Source: Spirochaetia bacterium (GTDB lineage: Bacteria; Spirochaetota; Spirochaetia; CADAEX01). Taken from it: 64,000 nucleotides of DNA. The stretch lies in the NCBI GenBank assembly GCA_017535435.1, contig JAFXTY010000060.1, positions 654 through 64,653 of the forward strand, given 5' to 3'. The translations under genes were made by a program, and so were the position numbers. The notes under the pieces are model-generated. The model was not told the origin of the DNA, ran no database searches, and saw nothing but the letters and a program-made list of their open reading frames with translations. Positions 28,198-37,411 of the stretch are shown here, in pieces; position 1 is the stretch's first letter; each line of letters opens with the position of its first letter.

Positions 28198-29548
28198 CAA
28201 AACCTCTCTTGAGGTCAGCGTCGGTTGGGATATAGTCGCCCATCTGACCGTCGTTGTACTTCTGGTAAGCAACCAGGTCGAAGTAGCCGGTTCCGGTAAG
28301 ACCGAATACGATTGTCTTCTCCTCGCCGGTCTCTTTGCACTTGAGAGCCTCGTCGATAGCTACGCGGATAGCATGGCTGGACTCCGGTGCCGGGAGGATT
28401 CCCTCAATTCTTGCGAACTGCTCTGCTGCCTGGAATACTGATGTCTGCTCAACAGCCCGTGCCTCAATAAGCTTGTCATCATACAGCTGGGAAAGAACAG
28501 AGCTCATGCCGTGGTAGCGGAGTCCGCCTGCGTGATTTGCAGATGGGATGAACTCGGAACCCAGTGTGTACATCTTTGCCAGAGGACATACATGGCCTGT
28601 GTCGCAGAAGTCGTATGCATATACACCTCTGGTGAAGCTTGGACAGGATGCAGGCTCTACAGCGATGATCTGATAGTCTGCCTCGCCCCGGAGCTTTCTT
28701 CCCATGAATGGAGAGATAAGACCGCCAAGGTTGGAACCGCCGCCGGCACATCCGATGATCATATCTGGCTTAACACCATATTTATCCAGTGCTGTCATTG
28801 TCTCAAGTCCGATTACCGACTGATGCAGCAGTACCTGAGAGAGCACACTTCCAAGAACATAGCGGTAGCCTTCCTGTGTTGTAGCTGCTTCAACAGCCTC
28901 GGAGATTGCGCATCCAAGGCTTCCTGTTGTTCCAGGGAACTCTTTGAGGATTTTGCGTCCAACTTCAGTGGTGTCAGATGGAGAAGGAGTCACCTTTGCT
29001 CCATAGGTTCGCATAACTTCCCGGCGGAATGGCTTCTGCTCGTAGGAAACTTTTACCATGTAGACCTGGCAGTCAAGGCCAAAGTATGCACATGCCATGG
29101 AGAGTGCTGTTCCCCACTGTCCTGCGCCAGTCTCGGTGGTCACACCCTTGAGGCCCTGCTTCTTTGCAAAATAGGCTTGGGCGATGGCGGAATTCAGCTT
29201 GTGGCTTCCTGAAGTGTTGTTTCCTTCAAACTTATAGTAGATCTTTGCAGGGGTTCCCAGCTGCTTCTCAAGGCAGTAAGCCCTTACTAATGGTGATGGG
29301 CGGTACATCTTGTAGAAGTTCCGGATCTCCTCTGGAATCTCGATATATGGAGTGGTGTCATCCAACTCCTGCTTTGCCAGCTCCTCACAGAAGATAGGGG
29401 TAAGCTCCTCCAGCTTCAGGGGCTGATGTGTACCCGGGTGGAGCAGGGGTGCCGGTTTGTTCTTCATGTCTGCGCGGAGATTATACCAGCTCTTTGGCAA
29501 CTCACTTTCTGACAGATAGATTTTATAAGGGATTTCGTTTTTGCTCAT
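28163..29548 (-). CDS. trpB: TrpB2-type tryptophan synthase beta-like PLP enzyme
   Basis: 461 aa; PLP-Lys motif GSHKLN; length and N-terminal extension typical of TrpB2; no trpA adjacent. Confidence 0.85.
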   Translation of the reverse strand: MSKNEIPYKIYLSESELPKSWYNLRADMKNKPAPLLHPGTHQPLKLEELTPIFCEELAKQELDDTTPYIEIPEEIRNFYKMYRPSPLVRAYCLEKQLGTPAKIYYKFEGNNTSGSHKLNSAIAQAYFAKKQGLKGVTTETGAGQWGTALSMACAYFGLDCQVYMVKVSYEQKPFRREVMRTYGAKVTPSPSDTTEVGRKILKEFPGTTGSLGCAISEAVEAATTQEGYRYVLGSVLSQVLLHQSVIGLETMTALDKYGVKPDMIIGCAGGGSNLGGLISPFMGRKLRGEADYQIIAVEPASCPSFTRGVYAYDFCDTGHVCPLAKMYTLGSEFIPSANHAGGLRYHGMSSVLSQLYDDKLIEARAVEQTSVFQAAEQFARIEGILPAPESSHAIRVAIDEALKCKETGEEKTIVFGLTGTGYFDLVAYQKYNDGQMGDYIPTDADLKRGFDAIPRFPGNME

Positions 29549-29566
29549 AAGACTCTATAACCTCCT

Positions 29567-29617
29567 TGTTCTTATGGATAGAAACACAATAGCATGTTTT
29601 GTTTCTATGTGCAAGAA
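29567..29617. promoter_or_regulatory. 18-bp imperfect inverted repeat (GTTCTTATGGATAGAAAC … GTTTCTATGTGCAAGAAC) spanning the putative -35/-10 of the trpB2-like gene promoter: candidate operator
   Basis: Read directly: arms ~29567-29584 and ~29600-29617 with 15-nt spacer; on the gene strand TTGCAC-17nt-TATTGT lies between/within the arms. Confidence 0.35.
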
Positions 29618-29662
29618 CAAAATGCAAAATTTTTGAAACTTTTTTATAATTCTTTGCAATGC

Positions 29663-29692
29663 AATAAAAAAGGCAGGAACGAAGTCCTGCCT
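29663..29692 (-). terminator. rho-independent terminator after lipoprotein gene (AGGCAGGA-CTTCGT-TCCTGCCT + T-run on minus strand)
   Basis: 8-bp GC-rich stem; run of T on the minus strand (AATAAAAA on +). Confidence 0.6.
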
Positions 29693-29716
29693 TGAAACAA
29701 TTATTTTTTAAGAGAA

Positions 29717-30187
29717 TCACTGCTTTGTGTAAATCAGCATAGCGTGAATATTGGGTTCTTCTGTGCTATCGGTCAGAGTTTTGCCATCTGCGGAAATGGT
29801 GACTGTTTCTGTACCGCCCTTGGAGGTTGATTTTATGGTTATTGTTGAACCACTGCGGCTCCATGTTCCGGAATCCGAGTATTTGGTCTCCCCGCCGAAT
29901 AAAACATCAACAGTAGCGGTGAATTTTCCACTTTTATCTAATGTAGCAGAATCAAATGTAATAGTTTTATATATCTTACATTGCATGCCGCCTTCTTTAA
30001 ATTCTATACCTTTTCCTTTGACGACTTTAAAGTTTGATATGCCCATGTGCGAAGTTAAGTCAGTGACAGTAAATTTTGCACCAGAACTTTTACCTATTTC
30101 GGAAGAATCGCTACCGCCACTGCCATCACAACCGATCATAAACACTACAAGGCACAGGGCCAGAAGAATCAGAACTGTTTTTTTCAT
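29717..30187 (-). CDS. lipoprotein, hypothetical
   Basis: 156 aa; lipobox LALCLVVFMIGCDG; beta-rich mature domain; no recognised family. Confidence 0.55.
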   Translation of the reverse strand: MKKTVLILLALCLVVFMIGCDGSGGSDSSEIGKSSGAKFTVTDLTSHMGISNFKVVKGKGIEFKEGGMQCKIYKTITFDSATLDKSGKFTATVDVLFGGETKYSDSGTWSRSGSTITIKSTSKGGTETVTISADGKTLTDSTEEPNIHAMLIYTKQ

Positions 30188-30274
30188 ATAAACAACTCCT
30201 TTCTATTTTTTTTGAGTTGTAATAAATATAACCCCTCAATATTTAACCGTCAACAAATATAAAAATAAAAAAAC

Positions 30275-30303
30275 TTGCCAAATAAGAAATCTCATAATAT
30301 ATT
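30275..30303 (+). promoter_or_regulatory. sigma70-like promoter for ADH gene (TTGCCA -17- TATATT)
   Basis: Hexamers read at 30275-30280 and 30298-30303; RBS AAGGAG 30327-30332. Confidence 0.45.
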
Positions 30304-30337
30304 GTAATTGATAGTTATTTATTTATAAGGAGAAATT

Positions 30338-31489
30338 ATGGCAAACAGAATTACACTGAATCAGACATCTTACCATGGAAAAGGGGCAATCAAAGAGATT
30401 GTGAACGAGGTGAAGACTCACGGATGGAAAAAGGCACTGGTCTGCACTGACCCTGACCTCCTTAAGTTCGGCGTCACCAAGAAAGTTACAGATATCCTTG
30501 ACGGAGCAGGTCTTGCTTACGAAGTATATTCCGACATCAAGCCAAACCCACCGGTAGAGAATGTGAAGAGCGGTGTGGAGTTCTGCAAGAAATGCGGAGC
30601 AGACTACATCATTGCAATCGGAGGAGGATCCTCCATGGATACAGCCAAGGCTGTGGGTATCATCATGACCAACCCTGAGTTCGCTGATGTGCGGAGCCTT
30701 GAGGGTGTGGCACCTACAAAGAAGCCTTGTCTTCCTATCATCGCTGTTCCTACAACATCTGGTACAGCTGCCGAGGTTACAATCAACTATGTAATCACAG
30801 ATGTCCAGGCAAAGCGCAAGTTTGTATGTGTGGATGTCCACGACATTCCAGTAATCGCATGTGTAGACCCTGACATGATGATGTCCATGCCTGCAAAGCT
30901 GGCCGCTTCCACAGGTATGGATGCCCTGACACACGCTATCGAGGGCTATATCACAAAGGGCGCATGGGAGATGACAGACATGATGCATCTCAAGGCAATC
31001 GAGATCATCGCACGGTCACTGCGGGCTTCCGTAAAGGGCGATGCAAAGGCACGGGAAGAGATGGCTCTTGGCCAGTATGTGGCTGGAATGGGCTTCTCCA
31101 ACGTAGGTCTTGGAATCGACCACTCTATGGCTCATACTCTGAGCGCTTTCTACGACACACCTCACGGAGTTGCATGTGCAATTCTTCTGCCTACAGTAAT
31201 GGAGTACAATGCTCCTGCTTCTGGCGAGAAATACCGCAACATCGCATGGGCAATGGGAGTGAAGGGCATTTCAACCATGACTCCTGAACAGTACCGCAAG
31301 GCTGCAGTGGACGCAGTGCGCCAGCTTTCCATCGATGTGGGAATTCCACAGAGCCTTAAGGGAATTGTGAAGGAAGAGGATCTGGATTACCTGGCAGAAT
31401 GTGCCATCAAGGATGCATGTACACCGGGCAACCCACGGGATGCTTCTAAGGAAGATGTTCTTGCTCTCTTCAAGAGCCTGATGAAATAA
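30338..31489 (+). CDS. iron-containing (group III) alcohol dehydrogenase, lactaldehyde/propanediol oxidoreductase-like
   Basis: 383 aa; GGGSSMDTAKA NAD-binding motif and His-rich Fe site (…HAIEGY…, …DHSMAHTLS…). Confidence 0.9.
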   Translation: MANRITLNQTSYHGKGAIKEIVNEVKTHGWKKALVCTDPDLLKFGVTKKVTDILDGAGLAYEVYSDIKPNPPVENVKSGVEFCKKCGADYIIAIGGGSSMDTAKAVGIIMTNPEFADVRSLEGVAPTKKPCLPIIAVPTTSGTAAEVTINYVITDVQAKRKFVCVDVHDIPVIACVDPDMMMSMPAKLAASTGMDALTHAIEGYITKGAWEMTDMMHLKAIEIIARSLRASVKGDAKAREEMALGQYVAGMGFSNVGLGIDHSMAHTLSAFYDTPHGVACAILLPTVMEYNAPASGEKYRNIAWAMGVKGISTMTPEQYRKAAVDAVRQLSIDVGIPQSLKGIVKEEDLDYLAECAIKDACTPGNPRDASKEDVLALFKSLMK

Positions 31490-31533
31490 AAGAGGTCATG
31501 CTGAACCAAAATCAGTATGACATGGAGATAAGG

Positions 31534-31565
31534 AAAGGGCAGCTTCTTGGCTGCCCTTTTTATAT
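31534..31565 (+). terminator. rho-independent terminator (AAGGGCAGC-TTCTTG-GCTGCCCTT + T-run)
   Basis: Perfect 9-bp stem followed by TTTTTATATT. Confidence 0.75.
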
Positions 31566-31607
31566 TATATTGACAGCTTTCCTTTAATCGACTACTTTTT
31601 AAAGGCT

Positions 31608-32270
31608 GTGGACTTTGAATTCATAAAACAGGTTATTCCCCTCTATATTGAGGCTGCAGGGCTTACACTCCGCATTGCCTTGGTAGGCATTCTTTTTTCT
31701 TTTGCCGTGGGGCTTTTCTGTGCCCTTATCCGCTATTATAAAGTCCCGCTTCTAAGCCCAATAACAGGATTCTATATTGAGCTTTCCCGGAACACCCCCC
31801 TTCTTATTCAGCTGTTCTTTCTCTATTTTGCCTTGCCAAATCTGGGTATAAAACTTAGTTCATTCCAGTGCTGCATAATCGGCCTTACCTTCCTGGGGGG
31901 CAGCTATATGGAGGAGACTTTCCGCAGTGCATTGGAGACAGTGAGCAAGGTTCAGATAGAGAGCGGCCAGTGCATCGGCCTTTCCGGGCTGCAGGTCATG
32001 CGGTACGTGGTGCTGCCTCAGGCTGTTTCGGTTTCTATTCCTGGTTTCTGTGCCAATGTCATGTTCCTGATCAAGGAGACATCTGTATTCAGTATTGTGG
32101 CTGTGGCAGACCTGATGTATGTTGCCAAGGATTTGATAGGTCTTTATTACAAGACAGACGAGGCCCTGTGGCTTCTGGCTATATCCTACTTTATTCTTCT
32201 TTTGCCTGTCTCGGCCATAAGCGGCTATGCCGAAAGGAGGTTGCGCTATGCTCAGTTCGGAAGCAATTGA
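31608..32270 (+). CDS. polar amino-acid ABC transporter permease (HisM/GlnP family)
   Basis: 220 aa; 5 TM, EAA-like loop region; first gene of permease-permease-ATPase-SBP operon. Confidence 0.85.
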   Translation: MDFEFIKQVIPLYIEAAGLTLRIALVGILFSFAVGLFCALIRYYKVPLLSPITGFYIELSRNTPLLIQLFFLYFALPNLGIKLSSFQCCIIGLTFLGGSYMEETFRSALETVSKVQIESGQCIGLSGLQVMRYVVLPQAVSVSIPGFCANVMFLIKETSVFSIVAVADLMYVAKDLIGLYYKTDEALWLLAISYFILLLPVSAISGYAERRLRYAQFGSN

Positions 32271-32952
32271 AGCTATCTCCAAGGCCTTCAGTGTCTTCTT
32301 CATGGGGAAGAACTTTATCAGGCTGGTCATGGGACTTCTGGTCACTATCCAGATAGCTGCCATATCTGTACTTCTGTCTCTGTTCTTCGGCACCCTGTTC
32401 GGCATGCTTATGACTGTGAAAAACCGCTATATAAAGGCTCTGTGCAAGATATACCTTGAGTTCATGCGTATAATGCCTCAGCTGGTTCTGCTGTTCATGG
32501 CCTATTACGGCCTGACCCGTACCTTCGGAATTTCTCTTTCAGGCGAAGCTGCCTCTGTCCTTGTCTTCACTATGTGGGGTACTGCCGAGATGGGAGATTT
32601 GGTGCGTGGCGCGCTACAGTCAGTGCCGGCCCATCAGTACGACAGTGGTATGGCAATAGGGCTTACAGACAAGCAGATATTCCGTTATATTATCCTGCCT
32701 CAGACCCTGCGGCGGCTGGTGCCTCTTTCCATGAACCTGGTGACTAGAATGATAAAGACTACATCGCTGGTGGTATTTGTAGGTGTGATTGAGGTAGTCA
32801 AGATAGGACAGCAGATTATAGAGGGAAACCGACTTACAGTTCCTACCTGTTCCATTGCAGTGTATGCAGTGATTTTCTTTATGTATTTCTTCGTGTGCTG
32901 GATATTTTCCCTTATGGCCTCAATAATTGAGAAGCGGCAGAAAGAGGCGTAA
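32227..32952 (+). CDS. polar amino-acid ABC transporter permease
   Basis: 241 aa; paralogous to upstream permease; true start possibly at Met 32248. Confidence 0.85.
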   Translation: MPKGGCAMLSSEAIEAISKAFSVFFMGKNFIRLVMGLLVTIQIAAISVLLSLFFGTLFGMLMTVKNRYIKALCKIYLEFMRIMPQLVLLFMAYYGLTRTFGISLSGEAASVLVFTMWGTAEMGDLVRGALQSVPAHQYDSGMAIGLTDKQIFRYIILPQTLRRLVPLSMNLVTRMIKTTSLVVFVGVIEVVKIGQQIIEGNRLTVPTCSIAVYAVIFFMYFFVCWIFSLMASIIEKRQKEA

Positions 32953-32970
32953 AACCGGAAGGAGTGGATC

Positions 32971-33717
32971 ATGGCATTATTAGAGATCAGCCATCTTAAG
33001 AAAAGTTTTGATAAGAATGAAGTCCTCAAGGATGTATCTTTTTCTGTAAATAAAGGTGAGGTTGTCGTCATCCTGGGTCCCTCCGGCTGTGGGAAATCTA
33101 CTCTGCTCCGCTGCATAAACGGTCTTGAGACAGTACAGGACGGGAAAATAATCCTGGATGGAGAGGTTATTTCCAACCGCACAAAGGATATGCATCTGAT
33201 ACGGCAGAAGGTGGGCATGGTGTTCCAGAGCTATGACCTGTTTCCTCATATGAACGTGCTGGACAATATTCTGCTGGGTCCTATGAAAGCTCAGCACCGG
33301 GATAAGCAGGAGGTGGTCAGAGAGGCCGAGGAGTGGCTTGCACGGGTAGGGCTTCCCGATAAGAAGCTATCATATCCAAGGCAGCTTTCCGGTGGACAGA
33401 AACAGCGGGTGGCCATAGTGCGTGCACTGTGCATGAATCCGGAAGTGATGCTCTTTGACGAGGTTACTGCAGCCCTTGATCCGGAGATGGTAAGGGAAGT
33501 TCTTGATGTTATGATGAACCTGGCCAACGATGGAATGACTATGCTGATTGTCACCCACCAGATGGATTTTGCCCGGGCCATAGCTGACCGCATCATATTT
33601 ATGGATGAGGGCTCTATAGTGGAAGAGACCGAGCCGGGACAGTTCTTTTCAAACCCCAAGAGCGAGCGTGGAAAAAAATTTTTGGAAAATTTCACTTTTA
33701 GGGTTTACAGAAAATAA
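32971..33717 (+). CDS. amino-acid ABC transporter ATP-binding protein (GlnQ-like)
   Basis: 248 aa; Walker [10 protein letters not shown], signature [15 protein letters not shown], Walker [12 protein letters not shown]-loop. Confidence 0.9.
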   Translation: MALLEISHLKKSFDKNEVLKDVSFSVNKGEVVVILGPSGCGKSTLLRCINGLETVQDGKIILDGEVISNRTKDMHLIRQKVGMVFQSYDLFPHMNVLDNILLGPMKAQHRDKQEVVREAEEWLARVGLPDKKLSYPRQLSGGQKQRVAIVRALCMNPEVMLFDEVTAALDPEMVREVLDVMMNLANDGMTMLIVTHQMDFARAIADRIIFMDEGSIVEETEPGQFFSNPKSERGKKFLENFTFRVYRK

Positions 33718-33771
33718 GGAAAGGGATATAATGCCACTAACCTACCAGTTAGGTAGGTAAAGGAGAACAAG

Positions 33772-34602
33772 ATGAGAAAATCAACAATGGTAAAACTGCT
33801 TGCCGCATTTATTGCACTGACAGCAGTATTCAATGTATCAGCAGCACCGAAAGCAGGACGTACCGTTGAGCAGATTAAAAAAAGCAAGACAGTGCGCATT
33901 GCTGTATTCAGCGATAAAAAACCTTTCGGATATGTGGACGAGAATGGAGTTTATCAGGGTTATGATGTTTACTTTGCAGAGCGGATTGCAAAAGACCTGG
34001 GTGTGAAAGTCAAGTATGTTCCTGTAGAACCTGCTGCAAGAGTAGAGGTTCTTGAGACCAACAAGGTTGATATTGTACTGGCTAACTTCACAAAGACACC
34101 TGAGCGGGCAGAGAAGGTAGACTTTGCTCTGCCATATATGAAAGTTGCCCTTGGTGTGGTTTCCCCTGACAAAGCACTTATCACCAAGCCCGAGCAGCTT
34201 AATGGCAAGACCCTTATTATTGCAAAGGGAACAACTGCCGAGACATTCTTCACCGAGAACTATCCTCAGGTAAAGCTGCTTAAGTTTGACCTTTATGCCG
34301 ACACTTACAAGGCACTGCTGGATGGACGCGGAGATGCTTTCAGCACAGACAACACAGAGGTTCTGGCATGGGCGATTGAGAACCCGGGATTCACTGTGGG
34401 AATTGATTCCCTGGGAAGCCTTGATACTATCAACCCTGCTGTAAAGAAAGGCAACACAGATCTGCTTAACTGGCTGAATGCTGAGATTGAGGCACTGGGA
34501 AAAGAGAATTTCTTCCATGCTGACTACGAGGCAACCCTCAGAGCAGTATACGGAAAGGACAGCGATGCCGATGCTCTGGTTGTTGAGGGCGGAAAACTCT
34601 GA
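33772..34602 (+). CDS. amino-acid ABC transporter substrate-binding protein (SBP family 3)
   Basis: 276 aa; signal peptide; bilobed periplasmic-binding fold motifs (…DIVLANFTKTPER…). Confidence 0.85.
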   Translation: MRKSTMVKLLAAFIALTAVFNVSAAPKAGRTVEQIKKSKTVRIAVFSDKKPFGYVDENGVYQGYDVYFAERIAKDLGVKVKYVPVEPAARVEVLETNKVDIVLANFTKTPERAEKVDFALPYMKVALGVVSPDKALITKPEQLNGKTLIIAKGTTAETFFTENYPQVKLLKFDLYADTYKALLDGRGDAFSTDNTEVLAWAIENPGFTVGIDSLGSLDTINPAVKKGNTDLLNWLNAEIEALGKENFFHADYEATLRAVYGKDSDADALVVEGGKL

Positions 34603-34630
34603 GATAAATAATCAGTTATTGTATTTCTGG

Positions 34631-34670
34631 AGCCCTTGTCTGGTATTTGTTTACTCGGCAAGGGCTTTTT
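34631..34670 (+). terminator. rho-independent terminator (AGCCCTTG … CAAGGGCT + TTTTT), long loop
   Basis: 8-bp stem with 20-nt loop then T5; overlaps 3' end of minus-strand TSCPD gene. Confidence 0.5.
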
Positions 34671-34902
34671 CCACACCCAGGGCCAGCTGGTCGGCACAGG
34701 AGGTCCCTTTCCCGCCGCAGTCATTTCCTTTAAGAATATCAACAACCCGCTGGGCATCGGTTCCTTCCAGGAGCTTTGCTATAGCCTTGGTGTTGCCGGG
34801 GCATCCACCTGCAAACTTGATGTTGTAAATTTTTCCATCCTCAAGGGAGAACGAGATAGAGCGGGGACAGATATTGTGGGTAGGGATAGTGAAATCTTTC
34901 AT
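34651..34902 (-). CDS. TSCPD-domain protein
   Basis: 83 aa; …FAGGCPGNTKAIAKLLEG… and CGGKGTSCADQL conserved-Cys pattern of TSCPD domain. Confidence 0.55.
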   Translation of the reverse strand: MKDFTIPTHNICPRSISFSLEDGKIYNIKFAGGCPGNTKAIAKLLEGTDAQRVVDILKGNDCGGKGTSCADQLALGVEKALAE

Positions 34903-35741
34903 TTTTTCTCCTTGTCATCATCCAATTTCTTCTTTATCGCATCCAAGTCCTTCTTCATCTGTTTTAGCAGCTTTAAGCTCTCTTCTGCTTCTGCCTCTTT
35001 TGCCTCTTCCTGGGCATCCTCAAACAGGCCGGAGGAGATGATACCTGTAGGAACCGCAACCACTGCCATGCCCAGAATTGCCATAAAACCGCCTAAGATT
35101 CTGCCAGGTATAGTGATGGGCCAGATATCCCCAAGCCAGGCAAAAGAATAAATAGAAATAGCGTACCACAAGCCGTCCAGGGCAGTATGGAATATTCCAG
35201 GCTGTGCTTCGTTCTCAAAGCGGAACATCAGCACAGAGCAGACCAGCATCATGATAAAAAGGACAAAGAGGGAAGAAAGGAGCTCTGACCGTTTGGCCCT
35301 TATTACTTTGTGGATCCGCTGCAGCGATATGAGGTGCCGGTTTGCCTTGATAAGCCAGAAGACCCTTAGGATACGCAGGTCATCCAGGCGCCAGAAAGGC
35401 ATATAGTATGGCAGTATTGCCAGTAAATCGACGATAGCCATGAAGGTGAAGAAATATTTGATCCGCGCACGCCATGGCTGGATGTCCTGGTATTGATATG
35501 GAGCCACCCAGAGGCGCAGGACATATTCCACAGTGAAGACTATCACTGAAAAAGTCTCAAAATTGTCCATAAGGCGCTTAAAATATGGGGAGATGTCGAA
35601 GGTCTCGATAAATATTGCCAGGATATTGGTGATGATCAATGTCATCATAGAGATATCAAAAATATGGCTTGCAATATCTCCGGGTCTTGCCTTGTCCAGA
35701 ATCTCATATATTCTTCTTTTGATTTTTTGGTATAACATCAT
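34899..35741 (-). CDS. voltage-gated ion channel family protein (single 6TM-type subunit)
   Basis: 280 aa; S4-like helix with Arg/Lys every third residue (RILRVFWLIKANRHLISLQRIHKVIRAK); pore region FAWLGDIW is non-canonical (not TxGYGD). Confidence 0.7.
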   Translation of the reverse strand: MMLYQKIKRRIYEILDKARPGDIASHIFDISMMTLIITNILAIFIETFDISPYFKRLMDNFETFSVIVFTVEYVLRLWVAPYQYQDIQPWRARIKYFFTFMAIVDLLAILPYYMPFWRLDDLRILRVFWLIKANRHLISLQRIHKVIRAKRSELLSSLFVLFIMMLVCSVLMFRFENEAQPGIFHTALDGLWYAISIYSFAWLGDIWPITIPGRILGGFMAILGMAVVAVPTGIISSGLFEDAQEEAKEAEAEESLKLLKQMKKDLDAIKKKLDDDKEKK

Positions 35742-35803
35742 AAAAATTGTACCTTCCCGGCAGGTGATTTGTCAATTGACTTATGGCCTTAATTAAACTA
35801 AAC

Positions 35804-35809
35804 TATAAT
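35804..35809 (+). promoter_or_regulatory. TATAAT hexamer 2 nt upstream of dnaX ATG (candidate -10 for leaderless transcript)
   Basis: Perfect TATAAT at 35804-35809; no Shine-Dalgarno between it and ATG 35812. Confidence 0.3.
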
Positions 35810-35811
35810 AG

Positions 35812-37398
35812 ATGTCGTATACAGTAACTGCAACCAGAATGAGACCCGCCATTTTCGACCAGCTGGCAGGGCAGGATTTTGTGGCCACCAGCCTCAAGAA
35901 ATCGGTGGCTTCCGGCAAGATTGCCCATGCATTTCTGTTCTCTGGCCCTCGGGGTGTCGGCAAGACTTCTGCCGCCCGTATCCTGGCCAAAGCTATAAAT
36001 TGCCAGAATCCGTCCCCCGACGGAAACCCATGCTGCCAGTGCTCCAGCTGCAGGGAGATTGCCCAGGGCAACTCCATGGATGTCATCGAGATAGACGGCG
36101 CCTCCAACACATCGGTCAACGACGTGCGGCAGATCAAGGACGAGGTGCTCTTCGCCCCTGCCAATTCCAAGTATAAAGTCTACATCATCGACGAGGTGCA
36201 TATGCTTTCCAACAGTGCCTTCAACGCACTGCTCAAGACTATCGAGGAGCCGCCTCCATATATTGTCTTCATCTTTGCCACCACCGAGGTCTACAAGGTG
36301 CCAGCCACCATCCGCTCCCGGTGCCAGCATTTCAATTTCCGCCTTATCCACACCGACGTGATCAAGGATAGACTTAGGAAGATCTGTGAAGACAGCGGCA
36401 TAAAGGCCGATGATGATGTCCTCTTCTGGATAGCAAAGGAAGCCACCGGGTCCCTCCGGGATTCCTATACCCTGTTTGACAAGATAGCGGCATTCTCAGG
36501 AAGCGAGATATCCCTTGCCCTTATAAAAGAGAAGATGGGGCTGGTGGGCTTTGACAAGATAAACCAGCTGGCAGAGTGCTTTGCCGACAGCTCTTCCACC
36601 CGTGCTCTGGAAATACTGGATGATATCCTGGCCAGCGGCGTGGCTGTGGAGCAGTTTGTCACCGAGCTTACCGAATATTTCCGCAACATCCTGCTGATTA
36701 AAAACAATGTCACCAAGGAAGCTGTGCTGGGCTACTCCAGCGTCGCATTCTCCAAGAAAGTCATAGATACATTCTCTGTATACCAGATAGAGCAGGCTCT
36801 GGCTCTGGTGCTGCAGCTTTACCGGGACTTGCGTTATTCCTTGAGCCAGCGGTTCGAACTTGAGCTCCTGGTGACACGGCTCTCCTCTATGAAGAACTTT
36901 GTTTCCAGCGCCGAACTGGTGGAGCGGCTTGAGGCTCTTAAGAAAGGCTTTGCAGCAGCTCCAGGGCAGAAAGTGGATGTAAGGCCAACGCCGCAGCCCG
37001 TGGTGGAAGAGCAGCCTTATGAGCCGGAACAGCTGGTCCAGGCTCCGATTTCAGCTCCAGAAATAAAACTGGATATAAAAACTGTAAGGAACAGCGTCAT
37101 AGCTGCCTTCAAGAAGAGAAAAGAGCCTTTCCTGTCATCGGCTTTGGATCGTACCGGAGAATGGATTCTTCAGGACGGAAAGGTTGCAATACCCTGTCCC
37201 GACTCTTTCCAGGCTGTAAAGGTGGAAGAATCTACCCAAAAGATTGAGGCGGTGATTGCAGAGTTGACAGGTCAGAATATTGCAGTTGAGGTGTGCAGGC
37301 CTAAAATGGAGGAAGGCTCCGGGGCTGCAGATGAAAAGCCAGCTGTATCTCCATCAGTTGAGATGGTGAAAAAAGTTTTTAAAGGCGAGATTGTCTGA
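35812..37398 (+). CDS. dnaX: DNA polymerase III subunit gamma/tau
   Basis: 528 aa; MSYTVTATRMRPAIFDQLAGQDFV N-terminus, Walker A GPRGVGKTS, zinc module CQNPSPDGNPCCQCSSC, Walker B IIDEVHML. Confidence 0.9.
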   Translation: MSYTVTATRMRPAIFDQLAGQDFVATSLKKSVASGKIAHAFLFSGPRGVGKTSAARILAKAINCQNPSPDGNPCCQCSSCREIAQGNSMDVIEIDGASNTSVNDVRQIKDEVLFAPANSKYKVYIIDEVHMLSNSAFNALLKTIEEPPPYIVFIFATTEVYKVPATIRSRCQHFNFRLIHTDVIKDRLRKICEDSGIKADDDVLFWIAKEATGSLRDSYTLFDKIAAFSGSEISLALIKEKMGLVGFDKINQLAECFADSSSTRALEILDDILASGVAVEQFVTELTEYFRNILLIKNNVTKEAVLGYSSVAFSKKVIDTFSVYQIEQALALVLQLYRDLRYSLSQRFELELLVTRLSSMKNFVSSAELVERLEALKKGFAAAPGQKVDVRPTPQPVVEEQPYEPEQLVQAPISAPEIKLDIKTVRNSVIAAFKKRKEPFLSSALDRTGEWILQDGKVAIPCPDSFQAVKVEESTQKIEAVIAELTGQNIAVEVCRPKMEEGSGAADEKPAVSPSVEMVKKVFKGEIV

Positions 37399-37411
37399 AA
37401 AGGAAAAATAG

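Noticed and set aside
35812-37398. programmed -1 frameshift site in dnaX
   Set aside because: A scan by eye found no A AAA AAG or similar slippery heptamer followed by a stem-loop, so I cannot support a frameshift feature.
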